The notes below the pieces were generated by a model, which was given only the letters and a program-made list of their open reading frames with translations, was not told the origin of the DNA and did no database searches. The position numbers were made by a program, and so were the translations under genes. From positions 2,520,001 through 2,552,000 of the forward strand of contig NC_007969.1 in assembly GCF_000013905.1 (NCBI RefSeq): 32,000 bases of DNA. Reading direction: 5' to 3'. Positions 8,956 to 16,149 of this stretch are shown here, in pieces; within the stretch, counting starts at the first letter, position 1, and each line of letters begins with the position of its first letter. This stretch comes from Psychrobacter cryohalolentis K5. Lineage in GTDB: Bacteria > Pseudomonadota > Gammaproteobacteria > Pseudomonadales > Moraxellaceae.

Positions 8956-9150
8956 AAACCAATAGGCCGATTCTATATGAAAATTAATGTGGCACTTCAG
9001 CTTGAGTAGATGAAAGGGTCTTAGATTAGAGTATTTGACTCTACGGTCTAACAGATAAAATGGCGAATTACTCAGATTAGTGCTACAACTGGTAGTCGTA
9101 AGTAACTTTATTTATCTATTAATCATTCATTTACTAACAAGGAGGTTGGT

Positions 9151-9606
9151 ATGTCTGTCACTCAGAAAAAACGAATGTCCAAACGTACGCTTGAGCAATG
9201 GCTCAGTGAGTATTCAGTCAGTCATCAAAATCTTATCAATAAAAAAATCCATTGGCTCTGTGTTCCGGCTATTTTTGTCAGTCTACTTGGGATGGGGATG
9301 TCGCTATCCGTTTGGTTTACCTTAATAATGAGTGCCTTGGTATTGTTATTTTATATGCGCTTATCAACGCCACTATTTATGGCAATGGGTATTTTTATTC
9401 TTATTTGTCTTTCAGTAATGACTCTATTCCCTTGGGGTTTTAAAGTTTGGGCGGCTGTCTTTGTGGTGGCATGGATTGGGCAGTTTATCGGTCATAAGCT
9501 TGAAGGTAAAAAACCTTCTTTTTTTGAAGATTTACAATTCTTGTTGATTGGTCCGGCATGGGTTGCAAATAGCTTAATGGGACGTAAGCGAGCTAGTGAA
9601 TCATAG
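9151..9606 (+). CDS. DUF962 / Mpo1-like membrane protein
   Basis: 151 aa. Motifs YSVSHQNLINKKIHWLCVP, GQFIGHKLEGKKPSFFEDLQFLLIGPAW are characteristic of the YGL010w/DUF962 family. Strong AAGGAGG SD 6 nt upstream. Confidence 0.75.
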   Translation: MSVTQKKRMSKRTLEQWLSEYSVSHQNLINKKIHWLCVPAIFVSLLGMGMSLSVWFTLIMSALVLLFYMRLSTPLFMAMGIFILICLSVMTLFPWGFKVWAAVFVVAWIGQFIGHKLEGKKPSFFEDLQFLLIGPAWVANSLMGRKRASES

Positions 9607-9862
9607 CTAAATCAGATAATGAGAGTCGATATTATTTTTAAATGGAAACGACTATACAATAAAGAAACGGCACCCAATCTCTTATTAAGTGCCGTTCCTA
9701 TAGTCAGTCCTAAATAAAAGAAATACAAATTTTATAAAGCACTACTGGGGTTAATTTTTCTTGCTTGCTGTGCCTACGCAGACAGAGGCTGCGAATAATT
9801 AAACCCAGTAGTTCTGTACTCTTTTAAAAGTGGATCACCTATATCATAAAAACTACTGTCTA

Positions 9863-10654
9863 TTAATCCAAAGTCTGTACACCACCACCATTCACAAATA
9901 TGGTTTGACCACTGACCCAAGTCGATATTGGCGCAGCAAAATATAACATAGCACCAGCGATATCATCAGCCTCACCCAAACGCTTAATAGGCGTATTTGC
10001 TAGCATTTTCTTCTCAATCTCTGGCGTTAGCACCGTCTTCAAAGCATCGGTACGCGTAGCCCCTGGACCTACTGCATTGACGCGTACTTCAGGACCGAAA
10101 TCATGTGCCAAGTTTGCTACCATATGATTGACAGCTGCTTTTGAGCCTGCATAGCCGCTCATATTCGGGCTTTTATTAACACTTGACATCGAGGTAGTAA
10201 ATACAATCGAGCCATATCCTGATTTTTTCATATGCGGCGCGCACAGTTGACTTAAGCGCCAGCCACTAAAGACGTTTAACTCAAAATCACGGCGAATGTC
10301 ATCGACCGATGCTGTATCTGGGTTTTCACGACCGCCACCACCGCCGCCCGCATTGTTGATTAAGACATTAACAGTCCCAAACTCAGCGACTACTGTATCG
10401 ACCATAGCGACCAAATCATCGTCTTTTAGAATATTACATTGTACGGCAAGTGCTTTTACCCCAAGCGCCTCAATATCTTTTACTGCTGCTTGTGCATCTT
10501 CAAGTTTTAAATCAGCAATCGCAATGTTAGCACCCGCTTCTGCCAAACGTAGCGCCGTGGCTTTACCAATACCATTTGCACCGCCCGTCACAACGGCAAC
10601 TTTACCTGACAAATCGAATAATTCGTTAAATGCTTTATGTTGAAATTCTTGCAT
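9863..10654 (-). CDS. Short-chain dehydrogenase/reductase, 7-alpha-hydroxysteroid dehydrogenase (HdhA)-like
   Basis: 263 aa. TGGANGIGKA cofactor motif, NNAGGGG, catalytic S...YAGSKAA, and C-terminal VNGGGVQTLD. It is colinear with my recollection of E. coli HdhA. Confidence 0.88.
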   Translation of the reverse strand: MQEFQHKAFNELFDLSGKVAVVTGGANGIGKATALRLAEAGANIAIADLKLEDAQAAVKDIEALGVKALAVQCNILKDDDLVAMVDTVVAEFGTVNVLINNAGGGGGGRENPDTASVDDIRRDFELNVFSGWRLSQLCAPHMKKSGYGSIVFTTSMSSVNKSPNMSGYAGSKAAVNHMVANLAHDFGPEVRVNAVGPGATRTDALKTVLTPEIEKKMLANTPIKRLGEADDIAGAMLYFAAPISTWVSGQTIFVNGGGVQTLD

Positions 10655-10955
10655 AATGATTCCTCAATATAGATTTACTCAGCTCGTTTACAGCACTATT
10701 AAATGCATAGCTATTGAAAGCGTATGGCTAATACCTGCATCAATCTTAAGAATAAGCAGTTGCCAATACGACTATTTCAACGCGATTGTGATCGAAGCAC
10801 TGACTAGAAATAATTATGCGTGGGATAGCTTGTTCTAATGTGCTAAGTTCACGCAGTTTTTGTATTGATTTATATTTGACTGAGTATCATGCCACTATAG
10901 GCATTGCCATTGGCTGTGGATGCTGCTAACTGATTGCTAACTCAAATTTCAGACA

Positions 10956-10990
10956 TAAAAAAAGCCTCACTTCTTATAAGAAGTGAGGCT
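10956..10990 (-). terminator. Rho-independent terminator of tRNA-Gly
   Basis: Perfect palindrome AGCCTCACTTCTTATAAGAAGTGAGGCT (10963-10990), followed on the minus strand by TTTTTTT (10956-10962). It begins 24 nt after the tRNA 3' end. Confidence 0.9.
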
Positions 10991-11013
10991 TTAGTGCTTT
11001 TACAAGCCATATT

Positions 11014-11088
11014 TGGAGCGGGAAAAGAGATTCGAACTCTCGACCCCAACCTTGGCAAGGTTATGCTCTACCACTGAGCTATTCCCGC
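11014..11088 (-). tRNA. tRNA-Gly (anticodon GCC), CCA encoded
   Basis: The minus strand reads GCGGGAATAGCTCAGTGGTAGAGCATAACCTTGCCAAGGTTGGGGTCGAGAGTTCGAATCTCTTTTCCCGCTCCA (75 nt). It folds as a cloverleaf with a 7-bp acceptor stem, anticodon loop TTGCCAA and T-loop GTTCGAATC. It is near-identical in layout to E. coli tRNA-Gly(GCC). Confidence 0.97.
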
Positions 11089-11141
11089 TTAATATCAATC
11101 TATAGCGTTATTGCTAACAGCTACGTCTCGATAGGCTGGCT

Positions 11142-11169
11142 ATTTTAGCAAATATTCTGAGCGTGTCAA
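11142..11169 (-). promoter_or_regulatory. Sigma-70 promoter of tRNA-Gly
   Basis: The minus strand reads TTGACA (11169-11164), a 16-nt spacer, then TAAAAT (11147-11142), with an A-rich UP-like tract just upstream. The predicted TSS is about 45 nt before the mature 5' end. Confidence 0.7.
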
Positions 11170-11586
11170 CAGGTTTTTTTAACTTTCTTATAGATATCAC
11201 AACTTTTAGGTGTTTATTAGGACGATAATTCTCATATACAATTGATTTTATGGTTTATTTTTCTAACCATCGATATCCAATTATTTTTATAAATAATTGC
11301 TTAAATGTTCTCTTTAACGTATTTGCTAATTATTCGAGCAGATTTATCAGCAAGTTATACATGAATACCACTTACAATCCTACCTTGTATTGTTACTTTT
11401 GCTCTATTGGTTTTCAACAGTTAACATAATTATACTTATGCACAAGGACGGTTCAGGTAGAATTTTACTGTTTTAGTAGATTGAGAGAAGGTAGTAGAAC
11501 GTCAATAATAAGCTTCCCTTACCTCTACTGCATCAACACTGCTGTTATTTACTTTAATTTTCTTATTTATAGCGAGGACATTTACT

Positions 11587-12399
11587 ATGAAAAAACTACT
11601 TACCACGACAGTTATGGCAGCTTCATTGTCAGCACTGGCATTAACAGGTTGTACTAGCACGACCAGTACGGGTGCCGTTGGCGTTGATCGTCAGCAGTTG
11701 CTACTCGTATCAAGTGAGCAAGTATTGCAACTATCCGCTCAGAGTTATAATAAAACGATACAAGAAGCACGATCGAAACGTTTGCTTGATACCAACACTG
11801 CCCAGCTGAATCGCTTGAAGAATATCTCTAACCGTTTGGTCAATCAAGTTGGCGTCTATCGCCCTGATGCGGCAAAATGGCCATGGGAAGTGCATACGAT
11901 TAAATCTAATGACTTGAATGCTTTTGTGCTGCCGGGTGGTAAAATCATGTTCTACACAGGCATTATCGATCGTCTGAACTTAAGTGATGATGAAATCGCT
12001 GCTATTATGGGTCATGAGATGTCTCATGCCTTACGTGAGCATTCACGTGAGCGCCTATCGCGTCAATATGCAACTCAGACCGGTATCGGTGTCGCAGCCA
12101 GTATTTTTGGTCTATCACAAGGTCAAGCTCAGCTTGCAAACGTCGCCGGTGACCTAGGTTTGAGCCGTCCGCATAGTCGCACCCAAGAAGCTGAGGCGGA
12201 TCAAATCGGTCTTGAGCTAATGGCACGTGCAGGCTACAACCCACAAGCCGCTATTACCTTGTGGCAAAAAATGCAGCGCGCCAGCCAAGGCGAGCCACCA
12301 CAATTCTTAAGCACTCACCCAACCAGTAGCAATCGTATCGCTGAGTTGCAGTCACTGATGCCAAAAGTAATGCCGCTCTATCAAAGAGCACGTCGTTAA
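11587..12399 (+). CDS. M48-family zinc metalloprotease lipoprotein (LoiP/YggG-like)
   Basis: 270 aa. Lipoprotein signal with lipobox LALTGC. HEMSHAL (HExxH) zinc motif plus downstream EAEAD. GAGGA SD 9 nt upstream. Confidence 0.85.
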   Translation: MKKLLTTTVMAASLSALALTGCTSTTSTGAVGVDRQQLLLVSSEQVLQLSAQSYNKTIQEARSKRLLDTNTAQLNRLKNISNRLVNQVGVYRPDAAKWPWEVHTIKSNDLNAFVLPGGKIMFYTGIIDRLNLSDDEIAAIMGHEMSHALREHSRERLSRQYATQTGIGVAASIFGLSQGQAQLANVAGDLGLSRPHSRTQEAEADQIGLELMARAGYNPQAAITLWQKMQRASQGEPPQFLSTHPTSSNRIAELQSLMPKVMPLYQRARR

Positions 12400-12448
12400 T
12401 AGTGTTTTTTAAGCAGAATTTTTGAAGTAGACACTCATAAATAATGAC

Positions 12449-12488
12449 AAGCAGAGCCCATATCATCATGTGGCGCTCTGCTTTTTTA
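12449..12488 (+). terminator. Rho-independent terminator after the M48 gene
   Basis: AAGCAGAGC (12449-12457) pairs with GCTCTGCTT (12475-12483), followed by TTTTTT. Confidence 0.8.
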
Positions 12489-12525
12489 TACCTGTTACTC
12501 ATAGAATGCATTCCATCAATACCAT

Positions 12526-12554
12526 GCAGACTCGATATCGGCGTCTGCTATAAT
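12526..12554 (+). promoter_or_regulatory. Candidate bolA promoter: consensus -10 TATAAT abutted by an inverted repeat
   Basis: TATAAT at 12549-12554, 54 nt upstream of the bolA ATG. The -35 is poor (TGCAGA). GCAGAC-N11-GTCTGC (12526-12548, with inner palindrome CGATATCG) occupies the spacer. Confidence 0.3.
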
Positions 12555-12607
12555 GGTGACGATATATTGTCTAACGACAATGAAGCTTAATAGAATAAAG
12601 GATTGTT

Positions 12608-12952
12608 ATGACTACCATTACCTCTACCACCAGTAGCACCCCTACTGCCGACGCACTTAGTCAGCAGTTGCAAGAATTACAACCGCTGCATATGCAACTC
12701 GTTAACGAATCAATGAATCATGCCGGTTATTTTGACGGTAAAGAAAGTCATTTTAAACTTATTATGGTCAGCGAAGCGTTTACAGGTAAGCGCTTGGTTG
12801 CCCGTCACCAAATGGTTTATCATTTGGCAGATGCATTATTAACCTCAAAAGGTGGTCAAATCCACGCCTTAGCGATTCATGCCTATACACCGACAGAGTG
12901 GCAAGGTCAAAACCCTGATAGCCCGTTATGTGCTGGACAAAATAAAGGCTAA
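12608..12952 (+). CDS. bolA: BolA-family protein
   Basis: 114 aa. VNESMNHAG....ESHFKLIMVSEAFTGKRLVARHQMVYHLA....IHALAIHAYTPTEW is the BolA signature. AAGGA SD 5 nt upstream. Confidence 0.88.
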   Translation: MTTITSTTSSTPTADALSQQLQELQPLHMQLVNESMNHAGYFDGKESHFKLIMVSEAFTGKRLVARHQMVYHLADALLTSKGGQIHALAIHAYTPTEWQGQNPDSPLCAGQNKG

Positions 12953-13026
12953 ATGATATTTATTTTTTGCAATAAATAATCACATGCTATCGATGAAAAA
13001 TATAATTTTAAAGGGAACCATATTTA

Positions 13027-13386
13027 ATGAAACATTTACATATGCTCATGGCCGTGCTGTTGATTGTGCTGTTTTTATATCAAAGCTATCTGGTATTAAG
13101 CGCAAATAAGCAAGCACCACGCGTGGTCAAGATATCGTCGCACATCCTCTACGCTGTTATGATTCTTTCGGGCGTTGGTATGCTGATGCAATTGATGAGC
13201 GCCAATGCACCTGTACAATGGGTATTTGCCAAAATCATCTTGCTTGTGGCTGCTATCAGCGCCAGTATAAAAGCCTTTAATAATACTGCAACACCGAGCC
13301 AAAGAAAAACCGGTATTCTCATTGCTGGGGCGGCATATGTGGGTATTGTGATACTTGCCTTTACTAAACCGGGTAACTTATTCTGA
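13027..13386 (+). CDS. SirB2/YchQ-like small inner-membrane protein
   Basis: 119 aa, 4 predicted TM helices. The N-terminal KHLHMLMAVLLIV and HILYAVMILSG pattern resembles SirB2/YchQ, from memory. Confidence 0.55.
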   Translation: MKHLHMLMAVLLIVLFLYQSYLVLSANKQAPRVVKISSHILYAVMILSGVGMLMQLMSANAPVQWVFAKIILLVAAISASIKAFNNTATPSQRKTGILIAGAAYVGIVILAFTKPGNLF

Positions 13387-13519
13387 TAAGCACTTAGATA
13401 AGCACAAATACTCCTGCAATGAAAATGACGAAATATTCTATGTATTTTCAATATCTTAATGAGACTATTTTTGCTATCTTAAATAAATAAAAACGCAATA
13501 TTAGCTTACTGGAGCCGCT

Positions 13520-13921
13520 ATGAAAACTCTTACTGTAACAGCATTACTAGCAACCGCTGGCATTTTTGGTCTCTCAGGCTGTGCTTCTACGGGTAATATT
13601 ACGCCGCAATATATCCCGCCAAGCACCTATCAGAGCTATGATTGCCAAGCATTAAATCAAGAATATATCCGTGTTAATAGTTATGTGAATGCTGCCCGTA
13701 ACGAGCAATCAACCTTAGCATCGACAGGTGTGGGTGTTGGGATATCTGCAGGGCGCTGGGGCATCTCCCCTAATATCAGCTTTGGGGTTGGTCAAAGCAA
13801 CAACAATAAAGCTCGTGATGCCAAGTTATCGCGTCTATACGGCGAACGTGATGCGATTATCCAATCTGCCCGTATTCAGCGTTGTAGCTTTGCTAATGGC
13901 ATTAAGATTTATGGTGAGTAG
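13520..13921 (+). CDS. Hypothetical lipoprotein
   Basis: 133 aa. Signal peptide with lipobox LSGCAS. GGAG SD 5 nt upstream. No family recognised. Confidence 0.6.
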   Translation: MKTLTVTALLATAGIFGLSGCASTGNITPQYIPPSTYQSYDCQALNQEYIRVNSYVNAARNEQSTLASTGVGVGISAGRWGISPNISFGVGQSNNNKARDAKLSRLYGERDAIIQSARIQRCSFANGIKIYGE

Positions 13922-13952
13922 GCTAAAACTGCTCTAATTCATCCAGCATAAT

Positions 13953-13989
13953 AAAAAAGCCAATACGCGATACACGTATTGGCTTTTTG
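13953..13989. terminator. Bidirectional rho-independent terminator between the lipoprotein gene (+) and trxC (-)
   Basis: AAAAAAGCCAATACG cgataca CGTATTGGCTTTTT: 10-bp stem flanked by an A-run and a T-run. Confidence 0.88.
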
Positions 13990-14039
13990 TTGAATTCAAT
14001 AAAGTCAGACTTATGAGACAGCATTTATTGCAATAACAA

Positions 14040-14474
14040 CTACTTTAAGCTTTGTACCCATTGCACGATTTGATGGCTTGGTAACGCTCCCGACTGCCGT
14101 GCTATCTCTTTACCATTTTTAAATGCTACCATCGTTGGTAAACTGCGAATATTATAAGGCGCCGCTGCTTGCTCATATTTATCGGTTTGTATTTTAGCAA
14201 ACACGATTTGTGGCAACTGGCTGGCAGCTATCTTGAACTCCGGTGCCATCATAAGACAAGGTTGACACCAACTGGCCCAGAAGTCTACGATGGTCAGCAC
14301 TTCATTTTTTTGAATGACTTTACTCACCGTTTGGGCATTTAACTCATGCGGCGTTGCAGTCAGTAAAGGCTTCGCACATTTACCGCAGTTTGGTGCAGCA
14401 CTGAGTTTGGAATCTGGTACACGATTCGTTGCTTGGCAATGTGGGCATACTACATGAGCATTTTTTTCACTCAT
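14040..14474 (-). CDS. trxC: Thioredoxin 2 (N-terminal zinc finger + thioredoxin fold) with atypical CQPC active site
   Basis: 144 aa. N-terminal CPHC...CGKC zinc-finger pairs as in E. coli TrxC. Thioredoxin core DFWASWCQPCLMMAPEF. GGAG SD 8 nt upstream. Confidence 0.9.
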   Translation of the reverse strand: MSEKNAHVVCPHCQATNRVPDSKLSAAPNCGKCAKPLLTATPHELNAQTVSKVIQKNEVLTIVDFWASWCQPCLMMAPEFKIAASQLPQIVFAKIQTDKYEQAAAPYNIRSLPTMVAFKNGKEIARQSGALPSHQIVQWVQSLK

Positions 14475-14564
14475 AATAAGACTCCGTTAAATTATCATAA
14501 ATATGAAATTATCATAAAAAGACATGGATGAGTTGGATGAAACAGCACTGTACTAACACGGTGT

Positions 14565-15437
14565 TTATTCCCCAAGGACATTGATAGGTACTTTTAGATA
14601 ACGTGTACCATTATTCTCATGTTTTGGAAAATGACCAGCATCGATATTGACTTGTACTGCTGGAATAATAAGCCTTGGCATCTCAAGATTGGCATCACGG
14701 CGCTCACGCATCTCTACAAACTCTGCTTCGTTGATACCCTCTTTTACATGAATATTGCCTAATTTTTGCGCAGCGACCGTCGTAGTTGGACAATGTTTAC
14801 GACCCTTACTGGGATAGTCATGGCAAAGATACATCATCGTATCTTCGGGCAATTCGAGCAATTTTGTAATCGACTGGTATAGAGTTCTCGCATCCCCACC
14901 TGGGAAGTCACAGCGCGCCGTACCCACATCAGGGGCAAATAAAGTATCACCGACAAACACCACGGTTTTTTCGTCGTCAGTGGCAAGATAAGCCATGTCA
15001 GCACGCGTATGACCGGGGACATACATAGCAGTAATAGTAATGCCGCCTAGCGCTAAAGTGTCGCCATCATCGGTCAAAACATCAAACTGACCGGCATCGG
15101 TGCGAAAACTACTATCAAAGTTAAAAATCTCCTTAAATATTTTTTGTACTTCAGTAATGTGCTGACCGATCACTAACTGCCCGCCAAGTATCTCTTTGAC
15201 GTGAATAGCTGCCGATACATGATCAGCATGGGCGTGAGTTTCGATAATATAGATCAGCTCCCAACCATGCTCTTTGACAAATTCAACTACTTCATCGACG
15301 CTCGTTGTACGCGTACGTCCTGACTTGGCATCAAAATCCAATACGGGATCAATAATCGCACACACTTGCTGCTCAATGTCGGCGAGCACATGGGTATAGG
15401 TTTCTGTATCGCTATGTAAGAATGAATGAACTTGCAT
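14565..15437 (-). CDS. MBL-fold metallo-hydrolase, ETHE1/Blh-type persulfide dioxygenase candidate
   Basis: 290 aa. HxHxDH motif (THAHADH), downstream PGHT and GTARCDFPGGDA. The size and motifs fit the ~290-aa bacterial PDO class. It lies divergent to an ArsR/BigR-type regulator. Confidence 0.75.
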   Translation of the reverse strand: MQVHSFLHSDTETYTHVLADIEQQVCAIIDPVLDFDAKSGRTRTTSVDEVVEFVKEHGWELIYIIETHAHADHVSAAIHVKEILGGQLVIGQHITEVQKIFKEIFNFDSSFRTDAGQFDVLTDDGDTLALGGITITAMYVPGHTRADMAYLATDDEKTVVFVGDTLFAPDVGTARCDFPGGDARTLYQSITKLLELPEDTMMYLCHDYPSKGRKHCPTTTVAAQKLGNIHVKEGINEAEFVEMRERRDANLEMPRLIIPAVQVNIDAGHFPKHENNGTRYLKVPINVLGE

Positions 15438-15621
15438 GACTACTCTCCATTTTTATATGAATGTTTTAATTTTCGATGAATTGTTACGTATAATAGGACG
15501 ATATCTATCGTATTTAAAATAAGTCTATCAATTGGCTATAAGCATCAATATAGCAATTATTTTATAATATATCAATTTATATAATGTAAATAATGATAAC
15601 TTGCTATAAATGGCGATATGA

Positions 15622-15649
15622 TTGATAATTGACCCTATACAGTTATATA
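15622..15649 (+). promoter_or_regulatory. Candidate sigma-70 promoter for the ArsR-family regulator operon
   Basis: TTGATA (15622-15627), 16-nt spacer, TATATA (15644-15649). It lies about 40 nt upstream of the AAGGAG SD at 15690. Confidence 0.35.
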
Positions 15650-15788
15650 CAATTTTTTCATTTATATTTTTATCTCTTATCTCTTATCTAAGGAGCTCGC
15701 TCTGATCACTTCTACTTCAGTACTGAGCACATTTGATACCAATGGTGACAGCAATGACGGCGTTGCGCCAAAAGACCTTGCTGAAAAA

Positions 15789-16079
15789 ATGCAGCAAGCA
15801 TCAATGCAAGCCAGCCAACTGCTTAAGTCACTCTCGCATCCTGATCGCTTGCTCCTCCTCTGTCAACTAACTCAAGGAGAGTACTGCGTCAGTGAGCTTG
15901 AAAGCTTAGTCGGTGTTGGGCAGCCAAGCTTATCGCAGCAGCTTGGTATTTTGCGTAAAGATGAGCTAGTGACGACACGCCGTGAAGGCAAGCAGATTTA
16001 CTATAGTATCGCTAGTGATGATGCATTAGCCATACTAGAGCTGTTGTATCAGCGTTTTTGTGCCCCTGCTGAGGCATAG
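15789..16079 (+). CDS. ArsR/SmtB-family transcriptional regulator, BigR/SqrR-like two-cysteine persulfide sensor candidate (start may lie upstream, see findings)
   Basis: 96 aa from ATG 15789. Winged-helix core LSHPDRLLLLCQLTQGEYCVSELESLVGVGQPSLSQQLGILRKDELVTTRREGKQIYYSI. Cys25 and Cys91 are 66 residues apart. The frame stays open upstream to 15633. Confidence 0.85.
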   Translation: MQQASMQASQLLKSLSHPDRLLLLCQLTQGEYCVSELESLVGVGQPSLSQQLGILRKDELVTTRREGKQIYYSIASDDALAILELLYQRFCAPAEA

Positions 16080-16149
16080 ATGATTGGCTAAATCTCATTG
16101 ATTAAATTCTGATGTTCATGAACATTTTTTATTGTGAGGACGTACTGCC

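Noticed and set aside
9080-9443. ORFs 9080..9325 and 9252..9443 overlapping the DUF962 gene in other plus-strand frames.
   Set aside because: The DUF962 frame has family motifs and a perfect AAGGAGG SD, and the alternatives have neither.
10296-10643. 115-aa plus-strand ORF antisense to the SDR gene, and the poly-Gly run NNAGGGGGGR (encoded at 10324-10353).
   Set aside because: The antisense ORF is a typical Ser/Ala/Pro-rich shadow frame. The Gly run is encoded by mixed GGN codons, so it is not a slippery homopolymer. It extends the NNAGGGG motif already present in HdhA-like SDRs.
10656-10838. 60-aa ORF in the SDR/tRNA-Gly intergenic region.
   Set aside because: It has no SD and no motifs, and it sits at the minimum length in AT-rich DNA. 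It most likely holds the SDR gene's promoter region.
12005-12511. Minus-strand ORFs 12005..12244 and 12254..12511 at the 3' end of, and downstream of, the M48 gene.
   Set aside because: The first is antisense to the HExxH protease gene. The second runs straight through the M48 terminator hairpin and has no SD.
13096-13451. Minus-strand ORFs antisense to the SirB2-like gene.
   Set aside because: The plus-strand frame gives a coherent 4-TM protein with an SD, and the antisense frames are Cys/His-rich noise.
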